DNA of 63,483 nucleotides, filler included, from Thraustochytrium aureum (Eukaryota), in the NCBI GenBank assembly GCA_012862495.1. It is 6 parts of 5 records of this genome, joined end to end, with 100 filler letters (N's around TTAATTAATTAA, not from the genome) between each part and the next. Parts side by side here need not be neighbours in the genome. Positions count along the whole stretch, not along the records: positions 1 to 30,630 come from BLSG01000184.1; 5 more parts are not named here. One strand, 5' to 3'. Position numbers and translations under genes: made by a program. Shown one piece after another: positions 1 through 12,263 of the stretch; position 1 is the first letter of the stretch; each line of letters opens with the position of its first letter. Below the pieces are notes generated by a model. It was not told the DNA's origin, did not search any database, and saw nothing but the letters and a program-made list of their open reading frames with translations.

Positions 1-2459
1 GCTCCCGAGGGCAACGGTAGGCCGTCCTTGTTCGCGAGAGTTGGTGACTTGAGCGGGAGCGGGCGGGCGCTGTTGTCGTCGAATTTTGCACCTGACTCGG
101 GGCTGTGGCTTTTGGGATCGCTTTTCGCGAAGCGCAGGTTGGACGGCGGTTTAAGGACGCTCGGCCTTGGCATGCTGGACGTGGCCGCACGAGGCGACGT
201 TGCGATAATGTCTTCGCTTGCAATCATGTCCAGGCTCGGTGGGCGCAGAGCGGGCCTTTCCGCATTTGCGCCTGGCACAGCGGCAAACTCGCTTGCCACG
301 GTGGCCTCTTCGCGTGCTGGCGGCTCAACGACGGGTGACTGCGGCTCCTCCGCAAGCTCTTCGTCACTCGACTCTTCGACGGAGACGACGCTGTTGCCGA
401 TGCCTCGCGGTGTCGCCGGAGTGCCATCCGTTGACGGGCCTCCATCCGAAGGTGGTGCCCTGAAGTCAGCAAGAGCGCTGTGGCCAGCCTTGTTGTTCAC
501 GTCAACCGCGACATGACTGATTGAGGGAGCGCCCTCCGTTTCAGGGAGCCCGGCACTTACGTGGGCCGCCTCGTCCGCGCTTCCCGCCTCTTTCGCGTTT
601 CCGGCGAACGCCGAGCTTTTTAAGGCGGAGCTTGGTTTAGATCGCCCTGTCCTGGCCTTTGCAGAGGCCTCGGCAAGCGCGGCCCCTGCTTTGGCTGCGT
701 CTTCTCGAGCTTCAATAAGTTGCGCTCGAAGCGTGGCTGCCGCCAGCCGCTCTGACGCAAGCGCCTGAGCTTGCTGTTCGGATATGACGGCTTGCTCTGC
801 GAGCTGCTCGCGAAGGGCGTCGCGCTCCATAGACACATCGACAAGCTTGGTCCGCAGCAGCTTGGTGAGATTCTGCTCGTGGTGGCCTTCGGCGACTTGT
901 AGTTTGGCGTGCAGACCAATGTTGATCACATGCTGCTCCCCGACAAGTTCGTCCAGGGCACCATTTTCCTCGCTTGCTGTACCATACTTGGACGCAAGGT
1001 CGGCGTGCTCTTTCTCGACGCGGTGCAGCTGTTCCTTCCCCGCTTCTTGGTCAGCAGTTGCCTGCGCTAGCCGCTCGCGGAGCTCCTGCTCTTCTTGCTG
1101 GAGTGCGCCAAGCCGCGACTGCACGTCGAGCTGGGCCCGGTCAAACTTTGCCAGCTTTTGCAACATGTCTTCCACTTGAACAGTGAGTTTTGAAGTGAGG
1201 TCGCGCTCGGCCCTGTTCGTCTCCAAAGCGCGTGCAAGGCGTGTCCGTAGGCGTTCGGTCTCTTGCCGAGCTCCGGCGATATACTTTGCGGTCCTATCTT
1301 GCTCTGCCAGCTTGCTTGTGAAGCGCGCATTGAGCTGCGAGCGCACGTCTTCGAGCTGGGCAATGTGCTTGCGGAGCTCGACCAGCGCGCGCTCAGCCTC
1401 GTCTCGCCTCTGCACCAGTTCAGCGCGCTCGGCGGCTAGCGCGTCTGCGCCGCCCTCGTTTTCAACGATGGCGGCTTGTGCGGCTGCGACCTTGGCAGCA
1501 AGACTTGCGTTGCCCTCTTGCAGAGCTCTGACTTGGCTCTCCAGCTCGGTCCGCCGCTCCTCGGCAAGCTTGGCAGGGCGTTCCAGACCTGGCCGGCTTT
1601 GTAGAAACTGCGCAGTGGCGGCGGTGAGGGCGCGCTTCGTTTCCGTGGCGCGATCGCAGGCAGCGCTTAGAGCGTGCTCGAGCCGGTTCTTCTCGAGCGA
1701 GGCAGTGAGGATTTGATCGAGCGCAAGCTCCTCGAACGGCTCGTCAGCTGAGGCCCGCGCGGATTGGGCACCAGCAGCGTTCTCGTTAGGGCCCAGGTTA
1801 ACGGCGCTGTCGAGTTGCACGGTCATCAGGGTTGCGTTTTGCTTGAGCAGCCGAATGAAGGCGTGCTTTGCTATGAGGCCCGTCTGGTTGCCTTGGAGGT
1901 TGAGGAACTGCAGCGAAGAGTTGGTCTTTAGCGCGGTCGCCAGGGCCTTTGCTCCGTCGTCGAATACAAAGTTGCGGCTGAGGTCCAGTGTTTCCAGTGT
2001 CGTGGACTCTGGTAGCGCAGCAGCGAGCACTGCGACGCCCTGGTCGCGAAGGTTGTTTCCGCCAAGCACCACACTGACGAGCGTGCGCGATTGGGCGATT
2101 GCAGTTGCGACCGCCTTTGCCCCGTCGAGCCAAATGTTGTTGTCCCGAAGGTCGAGGCTGACAAGACGGTGCTGCAGCGCAAAACGGGCGACCAGCTCGG
2201 CCCCGCTGCAGTCAATAGCGTTGCAAGCAAGGCTCAGATGGGCCAGGTTGCTCCTTCGTTTCGCTGACAGAGCATGGACGATCTTGCGAAGGGCGCGCTG
2301 GTCGGCCCTGCCGCCCACGTCGCACAGGCAGACGTCGTCGAGAGCAAGTTTGCTCAGCTTGTGCATTCTACCGAGGGCCTTTGCCAGCGCCTCGACGCCG
2401 TCTGCGTCGAGCACTTGCGTAACGCGCAGCCTGCGGAGATCGGCGAGTTTGGCCTCCAT
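1..2459 (-). CDS. RNI-like leucine-rich-repeat protein with long coiled-coil C-terminus (3' end outside window)
   Basis: Manual translation from ATG at 2459 (in-frame TAG just upstream at 2481-2483): LAHLSLACNAIDCSGAELVA, LVSLDLRDNNIWLDGAKAVATAI, LETLDLSRNFVFDDGAKALATAL, then an E/A/K/R-rich coiled-coil. Absent from the ORF track, consistent with the frame running off the window edge. Confidence 0.85.
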   Translation of the reverse strand, partial: MEAKLADLRRLRVTQVLDADGVEALAKALGRMHKLSKLALDDVCLCDVGGRADQRALRKIVHALSAKRRSNLAHLSLACNAIDCSGAELVARFALQHRLVSLDLRDNNIWLDGAKAVATAIAQSRTLVSVVLGGNNLRDQGVAVLAAALPESTTLETLDLSRNFVFDDGAKALATALKTNSSLQFLNLQGNQTGLIAKHAFIRLLKQNATLMTVQLDSAVNLGPNENAAGAQSARASADEPFEELALDQILTASLEKNRLEHALSAACDRATETKRALTAATAQFLQSRPGLERPAKLAEERRTELESQVRALQEGNASLAAKVAAAQAAIVENEGGADALAAERAELVQRRDEAERALVELRKHIAQLEDVRSQLNARFTSKLAEQDRTAKYIAGARQETERLRTRLARALETNRAERDLTSKLTVQVEDMLQKLAKFDRAQLDVQSRLGALQQEEQELRERLAQATADQEAGKEQLHRVEKEHADLASKYGTASEENGALDELVGEQHVINIGLHAKLQVAEGHHEQNLTKLLRTKLVDVSMERDALREQLAEQAVISEQQAQALASERLAAATLRAQLIEAREDAAKAGAALAEASAKARTGRSKPSSALKSSAFAGNAKEAGSADEAAHVSAGLPETEGAPSISHVAVDVNNKAGHSALADFRAPPSDGGPSTDGTPATPRGIGNSVVSVEESSDEELAEEPQSPVVEPPAREEATVASEFAAVPGANAERPALRPPSLDMIASEDIIATSPRAATSSMPRPSVLKPPSNLRFAKSDPKSHSPESGAKFDDNSARPLPLKSPTLANKDGLPLPSG

Positions 2460-4319
2460 CGTTTTGAGGCGCCCTGAGCTCTAGCGAGCCGTGCCGCGCT
2501 GGAGCGAGGCAGCCGGGTCGGAGGCCAGTCAGCCAGGCAGCACACCGGCCCGCTCTGGGCTCGCTCTGGTCGCTCGAGGAGCGGGACGGCGCAAGTCGCG
2601 CTTCGGGTTACCGTTTCAAGGAATTGTTCCCTGCGTCGCTCTCCATTGGCACACTTTCTTTTCCTTGACAGCTGACTCGCGTGACCTGCTGCAGGGCTGC
2701 CACCCCAGCGCCGTCAGCGTGTTTCTTTGACATGCGGCACGCGATAGCGACGGGGAGCGAAGGAAACTAGTCCCATCTGGCTGGCAGACCATCGGATGCG
2801 TGCGCCGTGGCACTGATTCGGTTTCGAATGCAGCGTCGCATGCCGCTGGGTCTCCAGGTACGGCCTCACAGCCGCAGAGCGCCCGCTAGCTGGGCCACGA
2901 TGGCGGTGGCTGCGCGCAGCAATCGAAGCAATTCCCGCTCTTTTCAAAAGCTGCTCGCGCATTTTGGAGCGGGAAACTGACCAGAGCACGAGCTCAATGG
3001 CTGCACTTCCAGACGGGCCCATCCTTGGCCTGAATTGCGTCACAATTTGCGTGCCCGATGGACTGCATGCGAGCTGCAGTGCATCATGATGGCGGCGTCC
3101 CACGAAATCACCAGGGTAGGGCGAGCTGCGGCCTCGCACACTCGTCGCCATGCATGACGCAAGATGAAATGCCATTCCTTCTCGATGCATGCTGCTTCGA
3201 CGGCAGGCCCAGTCGCTGTTTCGTGCCGCGTGCGCGCCTTGCCGGTGAGACCTCTGCAGCTCGTGCGACAAACTCCCTCGTCCAGGTGCCCCTTGGGGTG
3301 CACAGTGGAGCTAAACTGTCGTTTCTTTGCAATTCATTGGATAGTTCCGAATGGTTTGAGGCTTTGAACGGATGGGCGGTGCGGCGACTCTTCCTCCCCC
3401 GCGGCCTGCACGGACTCTCCAGCAGCTCGCAGGTATGCGAGAGCAAGAATGCTCTGCCTCCGAGTCCTCTAAAAGTACTTACCCAAGTACTCTGCTTCTC
3501 TACACTGTACCCTCTACTCTGCTGAAGCCACTGGCAGGACCGCACTGCACACAGTGCACGGGCGTGCACAGGCGAACGGCCCTGGCACACAGCAGCAGGT
3601 GAGAGCGGCGTCAACAAACGGCCCTCGGCGGCAGAAGACGCCGTGCGAGGAAAACCAGGGTCCACTCCCGGTCCACTCCGGCAAGGCCCTCACTCGGTGC
3701 TGCGAGGCGAGGCACGAGTCTTGAGCGGCCGGGTGAAAGAAGGCCTTTGCGAATTGATGTGGAGCGCCAAGCGTGCATGCGCAGCCAGCTCTCCATCTCA
3801 CCTTTCTTGCAAGATCAAGACATGCCATGCCTACCTACCACCGCCTTTCGCGCAAAGGAAGGAGTGATGATGGCGGCGCGCGCGCCGGGTCCCAAAGCAT
3901 GCTCGAGTTTGACGGCGCGACCCCGAAACCTGATCGTGCGACTGGCTGCGTGCTTGGCAGGCTGGGACCCGCTCGCGCTGCCAAAGGCTGTGGAACGATG
4001 CGGCGTTGGTTTGAATTGTCGAAACCGAGGCTCGGCGCTGAAATTGTGCCGCTACGCGTCCCCAGAGAGGGACCACTTCCCCATGAACTACTCTGCATAG
4101 TTTGGGAACGACTCCAGTTGGGACTCGCGGTTGTTGGTCTCAAGAAGTGCGGTGGGCAGTCACCGAACCCAGGACTGTGTCTGCTCCCACGCCAGCCCCT
4201 TGGGTCCAGTGCGCAAACGACCGGTCTGGCGCTGCTCTATTGCGAGCCAAGGCACTCAGTCAGCACGGCGGCGAGTGCGCAAGCAGACCACCAACCAAGC
4301 CGGCGAGCAGCAGCGGCAG

Positions 4320-5509
4320 ATGTTTGACTCGCTGCTGAAGCCTATGGACAAGCTCTTCGACCTCGCAGAACTCGCTGCCAAACAGCACTCGGGCGACTCG
4401 AAGGAGAACGTCAAGGAAGAGGTAGCTGAGAACGGCCAGGAGGCAGATGAGCAAGCCAAGCCCAGGAAGCGCGGGCGCAGCACATCTGAACTCGAAGCCG
4501 CAGATGAGCGCGAGCCCAGCAAAGCGGCAAAGCGGCACGCGTCGCAGTCGCAGTCCGAGACGCGCGCGCCGGACCTTCGCGCAATCCTCGCCACGAAGGC
4601 AAACGACTTGGCCGAGTTGCGCACGCTGTTGACTGGGGCTGCAAAAGTTAGTGCCCGCGCCGTCGACGAGAGCGGGCAAACGGCGCTGCACCACTGCTGT
4701 GACGACACTGATACGCGAATCGTCCGGCTGCTCGTGCAAAGCGGCGCAGATACAGAGGTCAAAGACTTGGAAGGGCGCACAGCGTTGCACACCCTCGCAG
4801 CGCGGCGGTGCAAGTCGTTTCTGCAGCGCTGTCGGCTTATCGAGCTTCTGGTGAACGCAGGTGTCGAAATCGACGCAGNNNNNNNNNNNNNNNNNNNNNN
4901 NNNNNNNNNNNNNNNNNNNNNNNNNNNNNNNNNNNNNNNNNNNNNNNNNNNNNNNNNNNNNNNNNNNNNNNNNNNNNNNNNNNNNNNNNNNNNNNNNNNN
5001 NNNNNNNNNNNNNNNNNNNNNNNNNNNNNNNNNNNNNNNNNNNNNNNNNNNNNNNNNNNNNNNNNNNNNNNNNNNNNNNNNNNNNNNNNNNNNNNNNNNN
5101 NNNNNNNNNNNNNNNNNNNNNNNNNNNNNNNNNNNNNNNNNNNNGCGTCGACGTCAACGGGTGCTCGCCTTCTGACTGCGCGCTCATGCTCCACCCAGAG
5201 CGGGCAGCAAAGTACGTGGACTGGTTCGCGGAGTCAAACCTAGTTGACCTGAACGAAGTGAACCGTCTCGGCCTCACGCCGCTCCACATGGCCGTTTACT
5301 TTGGGTCGGGCGACGTGGATGCGGTAGTGCGTCTCGTGCACCATGGCGCAGACTTGACGGCGCGCGATGCCAACGGTAGGACGCCCCAGGAGCTCGCTCG
5401 AGCGATGGGAAAGCCCACGCTCGAGTGGTTTTTCCTCGTAGTAGCTCGTAACCAGCTCCTCTCGCTTGTGCAAGGCCTCGGTTCGCTGCAGCGCGACCCG
5501 AGCAATTAG
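4320..5509 (+). CDS. Ankyrin-repeat protein (interrupted by N gap 4879-5143)
   Basis: Ankyrin consensus repeats on both sides of the gap: GQTALHHCC..IVRLLVQSGAD, GRTALHTLA, GLTPLHMAV..VVRLVHHGADLTARDANGRTP. Confidence 0.85.
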
Positions 5510-5901
5510 TTGTGGAGGTGGCGCGACCGGCAACCACGCTACTCTACAAATGCAACGATGGAGGGGCGTTTTGTAGACACATTTTCCTCGCGAAAGTGCA
5601 TCGCAGCGTTGGGCGCGGCGCGCTACGCAGGGGGGAACACGGGCTCCAGGCGGAATGATAGGCTCGGCGCGTAGCCGCCAAGCAAGGAGACTCTGATCTG
5701 ATCTGCCCACGCAAAATTTTGGTTTCCCGACGATCGGGTTTTCTTTGAACAATCGAGAGAAAAGAAGACAAGAAAAAAGAAAAAGTTTTGTTGAGCTCGT
5801 TCGACCGACATACCCCCGACGCAACATTCCCAACCACGACCGACTGCACGCGAACGGGCTGGGGCGATTCTCTGGGCCAGCTTGCCGCGTTCTCGGGCGG
5901 T

Positions 5902-7679
5902 TCAGCCAAACATGACGGAGCGCAGCTGCTTCTTCGAGACCTTGCCCATCGCGTTCTTGGGAATATCGTCCACAACGCGCAAGACACGCGGAACTTTGTA
6001 CGGGGCAAGGCGCGACTTGCAAAACGACTGGAACTCGGCCTCGTCCAAAACCTTGCCAGGCCTCACGCGGATCACCGCGGCCACGCGCTCGCCGTATTCT
6101 TCGTCAGGGATGCCAAGCACGGCGATCTCGGCCAAAGCAGGGTGTTCCAGGAGCTCTCGCTGGTGCGACAAAATGGTGATCGAGAGGCAGTCGCGTCAGC
6201 TCAACTGGCATAGCACAAGGGCCGGCCGCGCGCAAGCCATGTGGATGCTCGAGCCCTCAGACACACTCTGCCCTCGGCCTAGCTTACCTCAATTTCCAGC
6301 GCGCTGATCTTGTAGCCACCTGACTTGATGATGTCGGCGCTCGCCCGGCCGAGGATGCGGTAGGCGTTCTTCTCTGCGTCAAACGCAGCAATGTCGCCCG
6401 TCTTGAACCAGCCATCTCCTTCAAACTCCTTCGCAGTGGCCGCCGGGTTGTTCCAGTACTCCTTAAAAACGATCGGGCCGCGAACCAACAGCTCCCCAGA
6501 CTCGCCTGCGGCAGTGTCCACCTCCTCGCGGGATACCTCGTCCACAATCTTGACTTGAGCGCTCGGCATCGGCAGGCCTACGTAGCCTGGGAGACGCGCC
6601 TCCACTGGCGAGAGCGGGTTGCTCAGACCCATCCCAAGCTCGGTCATACCCCAGCGTTCCAAGAGGGTGTGCCCAGTAATCTCCTTCCACCGCTTCATCA
6701 CGGTTGTTGGGAGCGCGGCAGAGCCGGAGACCATAAGGCGCAAGCTGGCGGCCGCCGCGGCAGCTTCGGCCTGCTCCTCGCTGCTCATCTCGTCAAAGGC
6801 AGCAATGAGCTTGGCGTAGATGGTGGGGACCGCCATGAAGAGGGTCAAAGGGCCGCCCACCATCGACCCGAGGCGGAGGCGCTTCCAGATACGCTTGGCC
6901 TCTGGTTCGATGAATTCAACGCACGCCCCGCATGAGAGCGGCACGGCGGTCAAGTTGACCAGGCCGTGTACATGGTGTAGAGGAAGGCAGTTGAGGATCC
7001 GATCCTCCTTGGACCAGCCCCAGGCGGTCACCTGGTCGGAGATCTGCGCCTCGAGCGCAGAAAACCTGGTAACCACCCCCTTGGGCCGCCCCGTGGTCCC
7101 GCTCGTGTAGATGATCAGCGCCGGGTCCTCCGGCTCGTAGGGCGCAGCAGAGCTGGCGAGGGCCGCCGTCGGTGTGGCGGGGTCGGCGGGCACGACAGGG
7201 AGGCCCAGCTCTTGCGCTTTGTCGAGAAACCGTGTGTCGGCCACGATGGCGCTCGCCCCGCAGTTGTCGAGCACGTACTCCATTTCGGCCTTTGGATGTG
7301 ATACACACAGAGGGACCGCACAGGCTCCACTGCGCCACACGGCCCACTGCGCAGCGACAAAGTCGTGGCCCGGCATCGCCAAGACTGCAACCCTGTGCCC
7401 CTTCAAGTGCCTCTGCGCTCCGAGCCTCTCGACCAGCGCATGGCTCACCGCCTCGGCCTGCTGCGTCAGGTCGCCGTACGTATGAAACGTTCCGTCCCTC
7501 GACACGACAGCGTCTCTCAGTTCAAACCCGCGCGCTCTATCCAAAAGCGGCATCCCGCCCTGGCCTCCGCTCAGCCACCTTCCGTGGCCTGGGCAGAGCG
7601 CGAGGCGTCCCCCTCGTTCGGCCCGACCGTGCCGCGTCAACACCAGCGCCGTTTTGCGCATCCAGCCGACCGCCGCCAT
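5902..7679 (-). CDS. ACSF3: Malonyl/acyl-CoA synthetase, ACSF3-like (ANL superfamily), 2 exons
   Basis: AMP-binding YTSGTTGRPKG; LPLHHVHGL; ERWGMTELGM; GWFKTGD; GRASADIIKSGGYKISALEIE|RELLEHP..KNAMGKV. The R-rich N-terminus resembles a mitochondrial presequence. Confidence 0.9.
6160..6287 (-). other. Spliceosomal intron (128 nt, GT-AG) in the ACSF3-like gene
   Basis: Minus-strand donor GAG|GTAAG at 6287 and acceptor CAG|CGAGAG at 6160. Splicing joins EIE to RELLEHP in frame, matching the ANL consensus EIExxLxxHP. Confidence 0.85.
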
Positions 7680-7769
7680 CCTTCAGAACCGGGAAACCGC
7701 GGCCAAGGCCACAGCACCGCTGTCCGAGCTGAGCCAACGCTGCGGTGCTCAGCAAGCACAAGCAAAAAA

Positions 7770-7964
7770 ACGACCACCGCAGCGCGCACGGCCAAGAACA
7801 GGACCACCGCACGATCCCCGGAGCGCGCCCAACCGCAACACACGCGACCGCAGCGCGCCCGACCACGACCCCGACGACCACCGCAGCGCGCCCAACCACG
7901 ACCCCGACGACCACCGCAGCGCGCAAGACCGCGACAACGTGCCGCACGACCGCCGCAAGACCGC
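7770..7964. repeat. Imperfect ~33-bp C/A-rich tandem repeat (CGACCACCGCAGCGCG core)
   Basis: The core GACCACCGCAGCGCG recurs several times and runs into the N gap. Confidence 0.75.
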
Positions 7965-8398
7965 NNNNNNNNNNNNNNNNNNNNNNNNNNNNNNNNNNNN
8001 NNNNNNNNNNNNNNNNNNNNNNNNNNNNNNNNNNNNNNNNNNNNNNNNNNNNNNNNNNNNNNNNNNNNNNNNNNNNNNNNNNNNNNNNNNNNNNNNNNNN
8101 NNNNNNNNNNNNNNNNNNNNNNNNNNNNNNNNNNNNNNNNNNNNNNNNNNNNNNNNNNNNNNNNNNNNNNNNNNNNNNNNNNNNNNNNNNNNNNNNNNNN
8201 NNNNNNNNNNNNNNNNNNNNNNNNNNNNNNNNNNNNNNNNNNNNNNNNNNNNNNNNNNNNNNNNNNNNNNNNNNNNNNNNNNNNNNNNNNNNNNNNNNNN
8301 NNNNNNNNNNNNNNNNNNNNNNNNNNNNNNNNNNNNNNNNNNNNNNNNNNNNNNNNNNNNNNNNNNNNNNNNNNNNNNNNNNNNNNNNNNNNNNNNNN

Positions 8399-10194
8399 GC
8401 GCTGGCGGGAACAGGGGCTACGCGCAGGTGGGCGAGCGCGAGGAGGCGCTGGAGGAGGGCGCGGCGCGGCAGGAAGCGCGCGAACGGGAGGAAGCCGTGT
8501 CCGTGCGGGTGTTGCTCCGCGACGCGCTGCTCGCGCCGAGGAATGTGGCGAGGTACTACGCAAGGCTTGCGCACGCGTTCGGGTGGCGGTTCGTGGCGAT
8601 GGTGAGCATTGTGTACGGCGTCAACCAAGGCGTGGGAGAGGGCTACTTTGGCACCGCGACGCAGTACTTTTTTACCGACCTTCCCCCGAAAGGACTAGGA
8701 CTGCAGCCCGACCGCGCGGCCTCCATCGACGGCTTCGCCAACGTGCCCTGGCAGATCAAGTCCGTGTACGGGATCATGAGCGACACGTTCCCCGTGCGCG
8801 ATCTGCACCGCACGCCCTACATCATCGCGGCTGGGGTCCTCGGCGTTGCGGCCTGGTCGGGGCTCTGGGTCTGGCCCGTTCTGACCGCGAGCGTTGCCGG
8901 GTTCCTCCTGTTTTTCGGCAACCTTTCCATCGCGTCGCCGGACGTCATGATCGATGCCTCGGTGGCAGAAAAGTCCAAGACACACCCAAGGCTTGCTTCT
9001 GACCTGCAGACGCTGTGCTGGGCTTCGTTTGGGATCGGCAAGATCCTATCTGCCGCAACGGCTGGATGGCTGTATGACAGCGCCTGGTGCGGGAGCCGCG
9101 GTCTGTTTGGGCTAACCGTGTTCACATCGCTGGCGATGCTGCTGCCCGCGATGTGGGGCTGGCTTACTGAGGTTCCCGCGTCGAAGAAGGCCGCAAAAGC
9201 AGCAGCAGCTGCTGCTGCTGCTGGCGCCTTGGACGGCGCTGCGCCGCGCCCGCCGCGCCCGCTGACGTGCAGAAGCACGTGCCGCACGCTCCACAAGGCC
9301 TTTTCGGACCCTCTATCTGGGCCACTGTACCGTCTCTCCATCTTGGTCCTCGTAATTTCGGTCGGTATGGGGATGGTGGCCAACTCGAGCGAGGACGACG
9401 CGCTCATATTCGGCATCGCCGTCCTAGCCAGTGTGAGCGTTTCGCTTGCCGTGTACTTTTTTGAGCGCGGGATCAGCAGGCGCCTCGCCCGCGCCTCGGT
9501 GTACATCTTCTTGAGCGGGGCCGTCCAGCCCGACTCGTCGCTCATGTACTACTGGAGCCGCGCCAATGAAGAAAACTGCAAGCCCGAGCGGCTCCGGCCC
9601 TGCTTTTCGCCCGAGTTCCTCTCTTCTCTCGAGGTGGTCGGCTACGTCGTTTTCGTCCTGGGGACAGCGGTTTTCAACAAGTACTTGTCTAGCTGGACGT
9701 ACAGGTCGATCTGGACGTCCACGCAGATCTTGCTCGCAGCGATCGGCGTGCTCGACCTCGCGTTCGTGCTGCGGTGGAACCTCCAGGTCGGTGTGCCTGA
9801 CCACCTGTTCGTGCTCGGCGACGAAATACTGAGCGACCTCATCCGCCGCATGAACACGATGCCGCTCTTCGTGCTAGCCGCCGCCACTTGCCCAGATGGA
9901 GTCGAGGCGACCCTTTTTGCGATGAACATGGGGCTTTCCAATTTCGGCAAGACACTGGGCGGCTACGCCGGCGTGGGCCTGATGTGGATGCTCGGGGGCG
10001 TGGAGGCGCCCGAGTTTCACAGTTTACCGGAGTTTATTGTAATCCGCAGTCTGTGTCGACTGCTCCCGATCCTCCTCGTCCCGTTCTTCGTGCCGCCCGG
10101 GTCGCCGCGCGGGGAGAACGCGGAGGCAGAGGCGGCGACACGGCCTGCTTCGTCGGACGGGGCGCGGGAGCTGGACCCGCTCGTTGTCACGTAG
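8399..10194 (+). CDS. Folate/biopterin transporter (BT1 family, MFS); 5' end in N gap
   Basis: VYGVNQGVG, PWQIKSVYGIMSDTFP..HRTPY, DVMIDA..E, LQTLCW, CPDGVEATLFAMNMGLSNFG, and many hydrophobic helices. Confidence 0.9.
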
Positions 10195-10324
10195 TCTCTC
10201 GAGAGCTCGTAGGGATAGGTGCCGCGAGGTGCTTCGAGGGCGCCCTTGGAGAGAAGTGGGAAAGAAAAGGGGAGGACCAGCTAGGGCTCTGTAAAATCGG
10301 CTTCCCCACCCTACTCTTACCGTG

Positions 10325-12263
10325 TCAGACTGCTGGCAGCCGAATTGCGGCTTGGTGGTGGGCCTGGCCGCGGCTCTTGTGGCGTTTGGCCTGCTTCGCT
10401 TTGTTGTGGTGGCGCCCCTCAGGCCCCGCTTGCGCACCGCGCTCAGGGCCCCTGCACTCGCTTGGGCGCCCCTCCGAGAACGAGTGCGCCGTGCGTGGCG
10501 TGCTGGGGCCGGCGCTCGGGAGCTGTTGGGTGCTCTCGTTGGCGCCCTTGCCGCGACCAAACAATCGCGCGAGCTTTTCTTCGGTTATAACCCGTTCATG
10601 CTCCTGCTCGAGGGTCCGCGATCTCAGGTCGTACCACTTAAACTCGCGCGGAAAGACACTCAGGTTGACCTTGCAAAATATACGAAGGGCGTGAAAGCGC
10701 TCGAGGCAGCGCGTTGTCGTCTTGATGCCGATAGCGTCCATGAGCTTGCGCAGACACACTGGGCAGACCTCAAGAGGGACGTTGTGGCCTTCCTCGAGGT
10801 TGATGTACCCGTTCATGCAGCACGCATGGTAAACGCAGTTGTGCATCCCAAACGTGAGCATGACAAAGTGGGCAACCCACAAGCAAGTGCGTCGCAACAG
10901 CTGGGCGCGCCGCTGCTCGACCGTCTCGCGCGTGAGCTTGTCAGCGGCTGGGTCGGTTCCAAACCAAGGGTCAAGGCGCCCAAGACTCAAAAGCGCTCTG
11001 CGGTGCCGAATCGCGTCGCTGCACTTGGAGGGGTCGCTCATGAGAAAGTTGCCTTCGGTGTGGTGGGGACCTGCTTTGACGTCGTGCAGCGTGACACCGA
11101 TGAGGACGAACGCGTCGAACGGGACCAGCTTTTCCAGCAATTGCTCCACTTCGCCCGCGGGAAGTGGCTTGGTCGTGTCAAAAACGTGCCTCCCATTGGA
11201 TTTCCTGATGGCCTGACTGGGTTCAAAGCCCGAGAGCTGCACGTCGAGGCGCAAGCCGCGGTCTCGGTGCAGACCAAACAGAGGCATCCGAGGCAGCTCG
11301 ATGACCTGCAGGCCGAAAAAGTACGAGCGAAGAAACTCGGCGACTCGGCGAAGCTCGCAGCCGCCGCCGTCCTCGTCGAGGTCTCCAACTGCCACAAGGT
11401 AATCTTGCTGCGATTGTTGCCGCTCGGCACCACTGGCCGTGCGCTTGCCCAGTCCTGGTAGGACTGCCCAGACATCAGGCGTGGTAGCGTATTGGCCATT
11501 CGTCTTTCCACGGGTCCTGCGCTGGCGCATAGAGCCCGACGCCATCCGCGTCTGCGTCGCAAGCGAACCGCAGCGGCGGGGGGAGCGTCGATAGGTTGCC
11601 GAGTGCCTCTCGGCGAGCCTTTGGCGACGGGAGCTCGGGCTCGGGCTCTGGTCGGAAGTCCTCGCGCGCGATGACCTTGTTGGAGATAATTTTGACGGGC
11701 TTGTGACCGCGGCTGGCACCTTGGCGAGTTTGTCGCGCGCCCCACTTGGTCACGTTGTCTTCGAAAGCCTGCATGAAGCCGAATACGTTGACCACTGAAA
11801 AGGTCTCTCGAGACATCGACCGCTGTACAATAGTGACGTCATTCTTGCGATGCCCTGTGCCGCGCAGGACCGTCTTGATTTCACCAAACGGGAACTCGTG
11901 CACGGTCGAAGAGGTGTTTGGATCCTGGACGACGAGCCTGTCCGCGTGCACGACGAGGCGTCGGGGGAACTCTTTGCACTCGCCGTCCACCCACATGTAG
12001 CCCGCCCGGCTAGCGTTGAAGGCCACGCCGATTTCCCACCGCTCGGCTTGCTCCCGCGCCCACTCTGCCCAGCTCAGGAGCACGACCTTGAGCCGGCCCT
12101 CGGCAAATGGCCTGCCGCGGCCGCAGAGCATTTCAGCAAACCGCTGGCGCTTGCGCCGCGACTTGAGCAGCTTGGAGGAGAATCGCTGGACGACCACCGC
12201 GGCAGTGATCCGCCTCAGGCGGAGCTTGGCGGCGAGCGCCGCCGTGTCCGTTTGGCTCGCCAT
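10325..12263 (-). CDS. PH-like domain + degenerate archaemetzincin (peptidase M54)-like protein; two apparent frameshifts near 11400 and 11475
   Basis: Three frames stitch to DEWPIRYH/GQSYQDWASARPVVPSGNNRSKI/YLVAVGDL..FLRSYFFGLQV..FVLIGVTLHD..FGMHNCVYHACCMNGYINLEE..PLEVCPVCLRKL. This follows the AMZ pattern, including the Cys-turn CxxC. Confidence 0.7.

Noticed and set aside
2490..4300. Numerous 60-185-aa ORFs here and in 21700-23190, 34300-36700, 43600-44950 and 47320-48700
   Set aside because: Arg/Ala/Pro/Ser-rich shadow ORFs expected at high GC, with no domain motifs.
7654..8398. Repetitive N-terminal extension of the BT1 transporter
   Set aside because: It overlaps the start of the divergent gene, consists of a minisatellite open in several frames, and is linked only through Ns.
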